DNA of 63,412 nucleotides, counting the filler, from Octopus bimaculoides (Eukaryota), in NCBI RefSeq assembly GCF_001194135.2. It is 4 parts of 4 records of this genome, joined end to end, with 100 filler letters (N's around TTAATTAATTAA, not from the genome) between each part and the next. Parts side by side here need not be neighbours in the genome. Positions count along the whole stretch, not along the records: positions 1 to 30,349 come from NC_068988.1; positions 30,450 to 50,750 come from NC_068987.1; 2 more parts are not named here. The stretch is one strand, 5' to 3'. Numbering within the stretch: position 1 is the first letter of the stretch; each line of letters opens with the position of its first letter. The notes beneath the pieces are model-generated. The model was given only the letters and a program-made list of their open reading frames with translations. It made no database searches and was not told where the DNA came from. The position numbers and the translations under genes are program-made. Positions 26,062 through 38,772 of the stretch are shown here, one piece after another.

Positions 26062-27028
26062 CACACATACACACAAACATATATAAATAGATATATATAC
26101 GTGTGTGTGTCTGTATGTGTGTGTGAATGTATATATGTGTGTATTTGAGTGTGTGTGTATCGATATGTATACATACATGCATGTAGTTATGTAGTGTGTG
26201 TGTGCGTGTGTGTGTGTACGCGCGTGCGTATGTGCGTGTGTGCATATGTGTCTATATATGTGTGTATGTCTGAATATATGTATTTCAAGCGGTTTGTCTC
26301 ATTAATTAATCATCATTCGCGGCTCAGTAATAACAAGCCGTCACAATTTACACAAATCCAGGAAGATTGGCTAAATCGGTGCAGCGATGTCTAGTCGGAT
26401 AAACGGTCTTGTGGTATAATTAACTCCACTTCTTTATGTTCTGAGTTCAAATCTCGCCTAGATCGGAGATATGGTGTTCTAACGAGATCATTAGTCATGG
26501 ATAATTTCAACTGAGGATTTCAACAATATAACAGGCGGGACGATCTAACCCTTTCTCAAAACATATGGCCATGTGCCTACGTGAAGAATCGCTATTCACG
26601 TGAATCATGAGGGGCATTGAACAAAAGAAGATGCTGTGTTCGTCCTTCGTTTCCGAAGAGGAACAAAACTCTACTAGTTAAATGCTCATATCCCTTTTTA
26701 ACAAGAGAGGTGGCAGCTCTGCAGATAACCGGATATTCGTCTCTGGTTTCGCTTTCCAACACCCTCTGTGAGTTGTCATATACATGCATACATACATACA
26801 TACACATATATATTTTTCTCTCCTTGTTTCTCTCCGTGCTTCTGTCTGTATTCCTTCCTGTGGAAGAGCGTAGGCTCGAAACGTTAAAGACATTTTCAAT
26901 TCCCGAGCGTTATACTAATACATCTGATTGTTTTCTACACCTCCTGTCTTCGACTGTTTTTTTTTATGAATATATATATATATATATATATTACAGGGAA
27001 AATGCGAGCATGACAAGTAATATTCTTA

Positions 27029-27464
27029 AGATTATAAACATGGATAAGTACAGGACAAATTATTACTCCTGTAAAAGTGCAGGACAAGCTGTTGCTTCTA
27101 GTGAAGAATAAGATACTTTTTACTTAAAATATTGCAGCAAAGAATGCCAGTTCTTCTAATCTATCACTCTTTACAGTTTTCATCTTTTAAATTTATTGTA
27201 CAAAACTGTTCAGCAATTTTTTTAAGTTTGTCTAATTAGTCACTTTTTTCTGTATTTAAAGTAGTAAATTAGCAAAATTCTACTTAAATAAGTATAGTGT
27301 TATTTTAAACTATAATAAAATAAGTTTTAATATTCAGATTTTAATTTTAGCTGCAATATTTGAATTAAAAAGTTTCTTATTCTTTACTTTACTAGATGCA
27401 ATAGCTTGTCCTATACTTTTACAGGCGTAATAACTTGTCCTGTACTTTTCAAGGTTTATAATCT
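27029..27464. mobile_element. Foldback/MITE-like element with ~115-bp imperfect inverted arms
   Basis: 27029-27138 (agattataaac..aagtacaggacaa.ttattac.cctgtaaaagt..aggacaagct) is the reverse complement of 27350-27464. Confidence 0.7.
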
Positions 27465-27784
27465 GCAAACCTATCATGAAAGACATTCCAGCCTTCAGCA
27501 AACTTTCTTTTTAGGGATAATCTAGGACATTACGTACAATGGGCGTGTGATTTAGGTAGGGGCATACTTTAGCTGCTATTTTTAGCGCGCCGAGCGAGCA
27601 GGTATAGGTTCTTTCATTGGTTCGATGCGTGATGAGACTTTTTTACACATATATGTAATATGTATATATATATATATCATCAGCAGAAGTTATAGAGTAA
27701 GTCAAAAGCTGAAAGTTTCGTGTATTGGCACTTATCAAACACGAATTTGTCCATTGTCACTCTGTACCGTTAAGAGCAAACACT

Positions 27785-28200
27785 ATTCTATGTGACACAT
27801 TCTACCAGTATCGGAAGTTTCAAAGTGTTTAGTTAAAAAAAAATAATTAAATAATCTGTACGTCTAATTGAATAGATCCAAAATGGATGAAAGGCAAAGT
27901 CGACCTCGGCGAAATTTGAACACAGAACGTAAAGCCAGACGAAATACCGTTTCTAAAAGGCAAAATTTTGTCAAAAACGTTAAGAGTAAACCCTGTTCTA
28001 TGTGACTCATTCTACCAGTATCCGGAAGTTTCAAAATGCTTAGTTTAAAAATTTTAATTAAATAACTTGTACGTCTAATTGAATAGATCCGAAATTGATA
28101 AAAGGAAAAGTCGACCTCGGCGAAATTCGAACTCAAACCGTGAAGACAGACGAAATACCGCTGGGCATTTCACGCTAACGTTTCTTCCAGCTCACCGCTT
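27785..28200 (-). repeat. Tandem duplication of ~170 bp containing a SINE family B segment
   Basis: ttctatgtgac.cattctaccagtat..gtacgtctaattgaatagatcc..gtcgacctcggcgaaatt occurs at ~27787 and ~27996. Confidence 0.8.
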
Positions 28201-28735
28201 TAGAACGCAGGTATTCATTTTAGAAATATATTCTTTATTCTTATTGCTTGGGGCGTTACTTCTTACTTCCTCACTTACTGACATTAAATTTCATGACATT
28301 TTACCCCTTAACTCCCTTTCTACTAATTTTTGTTCAATGCGACTAACGATTCTGAATTCCTAATGCATTTTTCTATCATTTAAGACTAAGAAAAGTATAC
28401 TTTTATATTAAAATTTAAAAAATTATGTTAATTGAAGATGAATATCTGCCTTACTGCCCACCTTGAGGTCTGACATATTTTGATGTAACTTTTTTTCTAC
28501 TTAACCAAATTTCAAACTATTTACGCCAAAGTGTAGCTGACGAGGTGTCCTCTTTGAAAATATTAACAGTTTGCAATTTAGTTGAGAATTGAATTAGTGG
28601 TGAAGCTTGGAAGCTACTGCAATTGACGAAATGGTGGACTTAAGAATATATTCAACCACTACTGCGTTTGAATGATATATATATATGTGTGTATGTATGT
28701 ATGTTTGTATGTATGTATGTATATAAGACAGACAT

Positions 28736-28889
28736 CTTTCATTTGCCGTCTACGAAATCCACTCACAAAAATTTGGTCGGCTCGTGGCTATAGTAGAACA
28801 TATTTGACCAAGGTGCCACACTGTAAAACTGAACTTTGAACCATGTTGTTGGGAAGAAAAACGTCTTACCACACAGCCACGCCTGCGCC
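28736..28889 (-). mobile_element. SINE family A, head and body, decayed
   Basis: Reverse complement of the family A head; ends ccacacagccacgcctgcgcc. Confidence 0.8.
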
Positions 28890-30282
28890 AGTATATATAT
28901 TGCATTTTTAAACACAGTAATTCCATAAGAGATTTTATATCGCAGCCAAACCGCTGTAACTTGCTGTCAACGGTCTATATGTATACATGAAATATGATAT
29001 ATAGTTAGCCAGTTTAATATAGTACTGCATTAATTGCGTCTAACGGAATAAAAAGTGTTTCGTTTTAATACTGAAACAGTTTATTAAACAGCAGAAATTT
29101 GCCAACAACTCGTATTTAGTAATAAAAATAAAAGAAGAAATTAAAATGATTTTTAAAAAAAACTAAACTAATTCGTTTTAAAATGGAAGTCATTTATTAA
29201 AACGAAACTAGAAATTGCGAGTCATTGACCTTTAGAAAAACACAGGGTTGGTCGTATTATAAATTGTGAGTACCTTTTTAATACGATCATTAACCTTGGC
29301 GTAACTTTAATAAATTTGTGCCACATTAACCTTCCAAGATATTTATTCGAGAATTAATTCCGTGTTAGCTTGCTCTGGCTGGAGTTTTATTTTTTTACGA
29401 GTTTAGTCATGGCTGACTGAGTTATCGAAACTCTTATAATAAAATCTTATTGCTGTACAGTTACCGTGAGAAAGCAAGGAATTTTTATATTATTATTATT
29501 ATTTTATTTTCACGCTGTTTATTGCAGATATTTTCAATGTACACTGTGACTCTGGATAAATATTTCTGTCAAAGAAACTTATAATGTCTGATGTCTTTTC
29601 ATCTTCATTCTTGGTAATGGAAAGAAAGAAAAAAAAAACTAAGTGCAATATTCTACTTTGAGAATCAACACCAGATTCTATTATATAACTGCATTGTAGC
29701 AGACTCATGAGAAAACGTTGCAGATCTGATTGATTTAGTCGATTTTGATTGCTTAATATTCTAAATTATTGCTAGTGTTAATTTGTAGCATCATTGCGCT
29801 TTCGTATAAGAAATGTATGATAATGAGTACCACGTCCACAACAATGCATCAAGTACACTTAAAGTCATAATTCTCCCACGATTGATTATTGTAGGAGACG
29901 TTGTTGCGTCATTAGATTGCACTACAAGTTTTATTACGTTTGGGGTTTTTCTTTGTTTGCTTTTCGTTGTTGTTTTTTTTTTGTGTGCTTTTGTTTTCAA
30001 TTCCATTTAAAACATAAAACGGCTTGGATTTGCCGGATGTGAAAGCATATGAAAAATCCTTTGAATGACGCCGACACAACTTCCTAATCATAGCTTTGCA
30101 TTCACAGTGCTTCTCACATCTCCAGCAGACACAGGTTTATTCATTTCTACCAATGACATTAGCTATAGCTTAAACAAGCTATTTTAGCCGCCTTTATTAC
30201 TAGTTACAAATACCATTTTTAAAAAGCCTAAGAGACCGAATAATACTTCCACATTCTAAACAAAAGCTCCATACAGACAGTC

Positions 30283-30349
<67 letters not shown>

Positions 30350-30393
30350 NNNNNNNNNNNNNNNNNNNNNNNNNNNNNNNNNNNNNNNNNNNN

Positions 30394-30405
30394 TTAATTA
30401 ATTAA
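30394..30405. other. Artificial gap linker TTAATTAATTAA (also 50795-50806 and 60227-60238)
   Basis: The same 12-mer is centred in 44 N + 12 + 44 N = 100-bp gaps three times. Confidence 0.9.
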
Positions 30406-30476
30406 NNNNNNNNNNNNNNNNNNNNNNNNNNNNNNNNNNNNNNNNNNNNATATATATATATATATATATATATATA

Positions 30477-31400
30477 CATGGGTTGGACAAAATAATGGAA
30501 ACAGCTTACAATTTCAAACAAATTTAGTTTAATATGGGGTTGGACCGCATTTGGCAGTAATTACAGCCTGAATTCTATGGGGTATGGACTCATACGAAGT
30601 TTGAATTGTTTCCAAAATAATTTTTGTCCATTCTTCAGGTAATATAGTCTCCAGGTCTAGTTCTTTTAGTGATGATGGTGGAGGATATCGACACTTTAAT
30701 TGTTTTTCCAAAATGCACTATAAATTTTCAATAATATTGAGATCTGGTGACTGCGATGGCCAGATAAGATATCCAACTTCACTGTAGAATGTTAACTTTA
30801 ACTGCGTGATTTCGTAACCATAGGATGAATTTGATCTAATAAAATGCTTAAATAGCCTTGACTATTAATTCTGCCATGAAGGGGCCGGCAGATTTCCAAC
30901 ATACAGCCCCCCTCCCACCTGACCATCACCGATACTCCTCCATGTTTAACAGTTGAAAGAAGGCAGTCTCGGTAAAATGCCTCTTTTGGCTGTCTCTACA
31001 CGTATACTCGGCCGGTGGTCGAAAATGAGGTAAAAGATGATTCGTCCAAGGAAATAACATTCTTCAACTTCTCTAGGCACCAATTCTGCGGGTTTCTACT
31101 CCACTCTAAACAGTGATTCTGTGATTACAGCCCACCCGTGAAATCCGGCATTGTGTAGCTCCCAGCGAACAGTTTTGTTGAAACTGGTGTCCTGAGGTGT
31201 CTGATCCTTTCTAACAATCTACGTAAGAGTCCGACGGTCCTTAATTGAAAGCTTTGGTTTTCTTCCAGAGTATTGTTTCGATGAGGAAGTTTTCTCTCAT
31301 TCTCAAAGGCTGTCATAACTTTCAAGACAGTACTTCTTGATACACCAACATTTCGGCTGTTTTCGTTACGCTAGCATACCATACGAGCACCAACAATGTG
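30477..31400 (-). mobile_element. Tc1/mariner transposase remnant with one terminal inverted repeat
   Basis: Minus-strand C-terminus EEWTKI..ETIQTSYESIPHRIQAVITAKCGPTPY*, and HTH region KVMTAFE..PVSTK. TA followed by catgggttggacaaaataatggaaaca at 30477. Confidence 0.8.
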
Positions 31401-32869
31401 ACTTCTTGAAAAGTCCGATAGATTTGTAATTTTAATGAATTTTAATTACCTTTTTCTGAAGATATCTGAAAAGAAACAGCTATTTTAGCAAAACCTTTTC
31501 AGCAATACTAATAATAAATCAAACAAACATAAAAGTAAACAAGCTTTTGATGGTTTTATAGATATTTCAAAACTAATATTTACGAATGTATGTTTATAAT
31601 TATGTTGCAACTGTGACATGTTCGGTCCCTTACACTTTCTGTGCACCTTTACGTGTCTCAACTTCTCATTCACTGTTCACATTACACACATAATCGAGAA
31701 TATCAGGATAAATGTCCGAGAATGTCTGTGTCCCTCACTGGCTTATTAAATTCTCAGACGTTGGAGATGAGGTGTGATGCCGTTCCATTAACTGAGCAGC
31801 ACTGCGTATTAATTTATGGTTACATTTCATACCCCCGTCTCTAGATCAGAAAGATCGTGTCATCACTGACTTTAATTGCTTATAGCCGATCAATGCAGAA
31901 TTCCCTCCTTTCCTTCTTGAAATTTTGTATCCACTGTCGGAAAACTATATTAATCCACTCTTCTTGTTGACAAAATTATTTCACTGTTTTATATAGCATT
32001 GTGACCACAATCCAATTGTACAGTAAGCTCACGCATTATGAGTACCTGCACAAACAACTTCGTGCACTTACTAGTAATTTGTGTCAGTGCTCTTAGTTGA
32101 TTTACTCCCGTTACGTGGTTTATATTCAATGCTGGTTTCCCATCTTCAGACGCCTTTTATGAGCCTGTGTACATTCGCTATATGAATGCTATCATTGCCG
32201 TAAACAATTTGTAGTCTTTTGTGATTGTTGTACAGAGTGCAATCATCTTTTACCAACAACACACTAACGGAATTTTGCTCCTGCTTGGAACACATAATGT
32301 ACATGCAATAAAATACAGCGCTTAATTGCTGGCGTCCTTTTACAATGGAGACCGGTACATCTATCTCAAGCATTCCACATATTTAATGAATAATATAAAA
32401 TCTTCATAAAATACACAAGAATACTTCATATGCTAGATAGAATAAATATTTTGTGTTAAGGCTTCTTGACGACAGCACAGCTGAAATTCAATTCGATATG
32501 AAATTCTAGATTTGACAAATATCCATACAACTGTACCCGTATGTGGTTAATTTGAGCCTTGATATACTACCAGAACCATGCTAATAGCTTAGGAATGAAA
32601 TTTAGGATTTCATGAATCTATTTTGATAAAACGTTTCCCAGCTGGATTGCACACTATGTCGACAGCATTGTTATATTTCTATTATTCTGTGTAACGTCCT
32701 TTCTTTTTGTTTCAGATTCTTCAATTTTTTAGTGAACTATACTAATAGCTTTTGAATAAAAATAACCTATTTAGACATTTTTTTTTTCAGAAAATGAAAA
32801 GCACTGATACATGTTAAGCATACCTTGAGCATATAACACATTCCAGAGTATTCGAGCGGTTCTAAGCAA

Positions 32870-34720
32870 TACTGTTTTCTGCAAGTGCTCCACACTTATT
32901 GCAACCCCTATTTGTTCTATGTATTTCTCAAGATTCCTACTCACTGTGCCCAGGACTCCAAAAGTTATTGGTATTACTACTACCTATTTCATCGATCACA
33001 ACTGCTTAAAATCTCAAGCTGTCGACATTTTTCTTCGTTATCGCAAACCTTGTTGTCAGCTGGGCATGCTATATCTATGATCCAGCAGAGTTTCTTTCTC
33101 AATTAACACTATGTCTTGTTTCCTATTCTCTATCTCATGATCACACTGAATTATAAAATCCCATAACATCGTTGCATTATCATTTCCAATGATGTCTTGG
33201 GTTTATGTTCGTACCACGTTTTTGCTCTGTCAAATCTATACATGTTTTAGTGTCCAATGAACAATTACTATATTGTCATGACGTCTCTTATGCTCTTTCT
33301 GGGCTAGAAGACTAACATACCACACTTTCTGTGTCCGAACTCCATTCTGATATCAGCACTGAAAGTGAACACCGTATCAACAAGGTAACTGACTTGGGCT
33401 TCATCTTTACCAAAAGGTTTGATGACAACCATGAATAACAAATGGTTGAATTTATGCTGGTGGATTTTGAATAAATACCCAGGTTTTGCATTCCTCAGTA
33501 TCAGTGTTAGTGGTACCAACCACAATACAAAATCAGTGGGGGCAGGCAGTGCCCTTAGAAGGTGCCCCTCCTGATTTCTACTGTCCCTAAACTTCTTCTG
33601 TATGCTGTCAGGTCCGTCCTCCAACTCGCCATACTTATTCCAAGCCATCGCTCAACATTCGATGCAATACCAAACAGGTTCATACATTCCATTATCCAAG
33701 AGTGTGGGAGTATTCCAGTCAATAATGTCCACATAAGTGGCAAGCAGGATATCGGTCTGTAATTGTCTACCTATTGACTTTTTCGATGTTTTTCAAGCAC
33801 TGTCCTACCCAACGTCAACCACTCTGGTGTTACTTGGTCGGCATATAACAAGGTGTTGTGTTGCGCAGCTATTCGTGCATGATATTCACCAAATCTTTTG
33901 ATCCAGCAGCTTTGAACTCCATCTGGTACCAGGGCCCTTTCAGTTGCTCATCTTTTTGCTGATGTCCTTCCCGTCCCAAACTGAAATGACTAGTTTTGCC
34001 TGTTATGGTCAGTCTACTGTTTGTTTCAGTTCTTACCACCATTCAGTATCCTTCTTGTCCTCCTTGTCTTTGCTCCAGATGTCACTCCAAAACATTTGAC
34101 TTTCAATGTTATCTGGTATCAACTTTTCATCTGTACACTCTCCATTTATTTCTTTGTAGAATCTCTTCTCATCTACTCTGAATAACGTATTCTGGTGGTA
34201 ACCCTTCCCTCTTTCGTCGTATCTTACAGTCTTTGCTTCTTTGCAATGACGCGAGGCACTGTTTCATTTCGTCCGTTACCACTTTCAGTCCCTTTCTTTC
34301 AATATTATACTTCATTTTCAACGCCCTGTATTTTTTCTCGCTTTTAAGCTCCCTTTTCTCTTTTCGGTCTAACACAGGAATTTCCTACGAGAGAATATCT
34401 AACCTTGCCTGTATTCTTCTTTTCCACCATGGGTCTTTTCTTTTGTTACTCCCATTATATTTCTTTTCTTGACATCAATACCCACATTTTCTGCTACGGC
34501 AATACTTACTGCCTTGATCTAATTATTTGTTTCTGTGATGTTGTTTGTTCTTGTGTATTTCAGAATATCATTGACATTTTTCGATTCTTTGTTCAACTTC
34601 CACCTGTCAACCTTATTAAGGTTGGGAATAATGTCTCCATCGTTCTCCTGTAGTCTTGCCTTTAATTTGTCGTAGAATGCCTTTTGTTCATCTGTCATAT
34701 CGCCATTAGTTTTATTGTCT
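32870..34720 (-). mobile_element. R4/Dong-like non-LTR retrotransposon (RT plus restriction-like endonuclease), decayed, with an internal deletion
   Basis: Minus-strand NHLLF..IKPFGKDE..V..F..DIRMEFG..KC (RT) and WDFIIQCDHEIENRKQDIVL..CWIIDIACPADNK (RLE). Confidence 0.8.
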
Positions 34721-34769
34721 TCTTTTAGGTCATCTATATGTCTTTCATCAAGTAAACTACCACTGCTCC

Positions 34770-34791
34770 TTTATTATTATTATTATTATTA

Positions 34792-34826
<35 letters not shown>

Positions 34827-34862
34827 GGTGGTGGTGGTGGTGGTGTTGTTGTTGTTGTTGTT
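34770..34862. repeat. Compound (TAT)n-(TGT)n-(TGG)n-(TGT)n microsatellite
   Basis: Seen directly. Confidence 0.95.
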
Positions 34863-37147
34863 ATATAATGTATATTAATAAGCAAGAGTCTAATTGTGTC
34901 ATGAATGATAATCTTCTTATGGTTAATTGCCAAACCCTATATATGTCTTCATGAGGGTTATCTGTTGGATAAAATGCGTCGGCCACTTAACTAGAAATGT
35001 CCTTACAGAACTATTTAGAGAACAGCAGAGTTACATGGGCTCCTGCTTTGAGAGGTTACTCTGTGTATGTGTTTGTATGAGGTGAATTCTCAATTGTTTC
35101 ACAGCAATTATCATTCACATCAATAAGGAACAGACGAAAATCTACTTGTCGTATTGATGTGTGTTCTACACTTGCGGCATCTCTGGCCAAAATGGCACAG
35201 ATCTATCTGTGTGCTCCTGATGCTTAACAATCACTTGGTTCATGGTTTGATCACGCTGCACGGCTCTTTGGCTAGTGTTTTTCTTCTTTCGCACGAATGG
35301 AGTGAGCACTTGATCTACAACTAGCACCAAAATTAATTTGGTTTAAATAAGAACCTACCTACTTCAAAACACACTGTCTCATCTCATTATGAGATCTATA
35401 ATATTTAAACAAAACGACAGAATTCTTATATTTCTAACATAATTTATCGGGTTTGTTATTTCAACATAACAAAAGAGACTGCGTCACTGCTGCTATGAGA
35501 TTTCAAAGGCAAATTATTTCCTTTGCCTCCATATATACATATAATAGAAAATACAGAAAGTTTTATATTGGTAGCTATCATTCTTCATGAAAAACCAATA
35601 GACTCGACAGAATTGTTGTACAGAAACTAACTAAATTGCTATATGAATGTTTCTGTTCATGTATGGTTATATGAAATATATCCCAACTCATACTAACAAT
35701 TGGCCATTACTTAAGACAGAGAATATATTTGGTAAGATACTAATATATCCAAAGTAATGACAGTTGATTTGCTTCGTTTTTTAATGTGATATATCAAATG
35801 TCTGTCACTTCATCAAAATATTATTGCTTTTGTGTCCAGTCATCTCAGAAAAATGAATGATACCTACGTGCAAGACTCATTAATAATGTTCAGCATTATG
35901 GAGGGTAGATGTCATATTTATTTTTTCAGTTATGTCTTTTCAACATAATAATATATCATATAACAGGAAAACATCATCTAAACATCTGTCAACTAAGATT
36001 AACAGTGCGTGTATTTATGTATGTATGTATGCATGTATGTATGTATGTATGTATGTGTTTGAGTGTGTGAGCGTATGATTATGACGGTATTATTATTGTA
36101 ATGTAGATTTTCTTAAATCGTAACTCTTTAAGTTTCACGTTAGACTTATCGAAACAATTGAAGATTGAATCTATTATTTAAGCGAAAACTCTTTGCGATT
36201 ATATCTGTTCTTGGCTTTAGCGTGATTTGATAACCTTCTCTTTCACGTTTATATTCAATTCCTTTACACTTCATATTCTGTTTTGTTGTATCTTTGAATG
36301 TCGGTGAAAGTCTTCCATGGTGTCATTTTTCCTTTAATATCTTGCAGCAAATGTCGTTTCTGAGTAGTCTGCTGTTTTCCAACATGTGTACGTTAAATTT
36401 CTGTTACGTAGAATTTTCATCATAGAAGGCAGACAATCAGATCAGAGAATCTCTTCATTCTTTGTGTTAAGCGTAGAGATATTTAAAATTTCTCGTGGAA
36501 TGATACTGATCTATACAATGCAGCAGAGTATATGCAAAGGTACTCACTACGAAGATTCTAGTGCAAGATATGCTGAATATTTCCGATTAGCAAACGAGAT
36601 AATATAAAGCGGTTTAACTGAAAACTGGTTTAAAATGGATACTAGGAAGTTACATTTGTATTCAGAGCCTCAGCAGGCGTCATAGACACACGTATAAAAC
36701 CTAAATTTTATAATTTTAACAATCATAAAAGACAAAAAAACTATCCGATTATTGAGCATATAGCATATTTTATGGCTCCTTAAGTTGTAGTCTTCGTATC
36801 TCACAGACACATGATATCCTCTTAAATTCAACAATTTATTTCAAACGTTAAAGTGGTGAATATTTGAATATCCTTACAGCTATATTTGAGAAATTTCCAA
36901 TGACACCTGGCTACATGAATTTATTTCACACGTAATATACTTGCCTTACGTTTAAAAAAAGCAAAATAATGAACAATAGCCAGTTTTATTGCGTTCATAT
37001 ATATTCTATTATGTGACTAGATAGTTGCAGATGCTTTACAATTTATGTGAATTTATGAATGTATCTGTATTTCGCCTATAAACGTAGAAAAGAATAATGT
37101 ATGATGTTTCTACAATTTCTCAACAACAAATGGTATGTTAATTGTTG

Positions 37148-38772
37148 TGGTGACGAGACATTCGAAGCTCACGGCGGCTGTTCTTAGCATGGATGTCTTA
37201 TTAGCTTCCGTGTTTCAGCTGCAACGACAACTACAGTAGCAACAACGGGTACAACAGCAACTGCAGCAACAAAAACATCAGGAAAATCAACTGTTGTTGG
37301 AACTAGTGTTGCAGTCAAAAAACATCTCAGGTTCGTTTTCGTCAGACGCCGTTGCTAATTGAATTGAAGAATCCACTTACAATCCAGAAGAAGGGATTAC
37401 GTTTTGTGAATACTTCAGAAGGTATGAAGGAGTCTTCAAGGAAGACTGTAATAGCTGGACGGACGAAAACAAGGTACGTCTTCTTTGAAGGATATTATCA
37501 CCAGCAAAACATGAAAACTTTTGTAATTACATGCTGCCGAGAAAAAACATCAGAAATTTGTTTCGAAAAAACAATTAAGCTATTATCTAAAATGTTCAGT
37601 GAAAGAAGTTCACTATTTAATATTCGCTGGGAGTGTTTGAATTTGGAAGAAAAAGAAAAAGGAACGGAAGATTTCGTTACTTATGTCGGAATCGTAAATA
37701 GAGTATGTGAAAAATTTAAAGTCGACGAATTAAGTCTGGACATGTTTAAGTGTGTAATCTTCGTACAAGGATTAACGGCAAGTAAAGATGCGGAGAAAAG
37801 GGCTCGAATATTGACAAAGCTTGAACAAATAGTGGTTGAAGACTGTCAAAGGACTATAAATCCACGACAGGACGCAGAAAAAAGTTGAAAAAGAGTATTC
37901 AAATATACATACGTGTCCACCGGTAACAGATACGAAAAAAGAAAAACAATAGTCAAGACCCAAACCATATTATGGATGTGGAGAAATACATTTCAAAAGA
38001 AACTGCCGTTTTACGAATCTAAAATATTTTAGAAATATGAAAATTGGACACATGAATTCGCATTTTTCGCTGAAACAAAAGAAGTCGAACGAAAAGATCG
38101 GGAAAAATGTATTGAGAACAAAAATGCAATGGGAGGCACAAAAAAGTAAATTCGTCTCTAAAAATAAATAATGTGAATGCAAGACTACAGTGGGCACAGG
38201 TAGTGACATTGCAATAATTAAGGAGAATATATGGAAAAAAATAGGAAGGCCTACATTAAAAAAAACCTGCGAAAATGGCGAGAAGCATCTCAGGAAAACA
38301 TTTATGATTTTTGATTAGTGACGTAGCATTTCGAGAAAATATTGAAGGCTAAAGTTTTATATCAAAAAGTAGGACGGACCTTTTTGGCACAGACTGGACC
38401 GAATGGTTTGATTTATGGAATCTCCCCATAAATATTTTTTGTAATAATGCTAACGGTTATAGCGCCAGTTCAACTAAGGCGTCGGCAGATTTGTTTTTCT
38501 TTAATTGAAAAATACTTTTCCTGATGTTTTTTTCGGAAGAATTAAATTTATTCACTAAGACAAAAGTAAAATTTCAGGTAAAAGAAAACGCAGTATTGTT
38601 GTTTAAACCGAAACGCGCTGTATCTTTCGTGACATTGAATCAAGTTATTCAGGAATTCGATAGGCTAGAAAAGCTGGGAGCTATAGAAAAATTTATTCAG
38701 AATGAGCAGCACCAAATCCTAATGTAAAGAAAAATAATAATAAAATACGGGTATGCACGGACTTTTCAACAA
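37148..38772 (+). mobile_element. Ty3/gypsy LTR retrotransposon remnant: PBS-like site, gag, start of pol
   Basis: tggtgacgag at 37148; Gln-rich gag start at 37189; FSERSSLFNIRWECLNL..FKCVIFVQGL..ILTKLEQ; RT N-terminus FSEELNL..FKPKRAV..RLEKLGAIE..AAP..KNNNKIRVCTDFST. Confidence 0.8.

Noticed and set aside
3-26400. Many long ORFs in the track (poly-His, poly-Met, YIYI, CVCV, THTH and X-rich)
   Set aside because: They are translations of microsatellites and N gaps, with no protein-like content.
28537-28560. CTGACGA...GAAA hammerhead-like string
   Set aside because: No stem II closing at GAAA, no NUH triplet and no stem I.
29584-29613. Phase-0 mini-exon MSDVFSSSFL|gtaatg as MBTPS2 exon 1
   Set aside because: No similarity to the hydrophobic S2P N-terminus, and 21 kb away.
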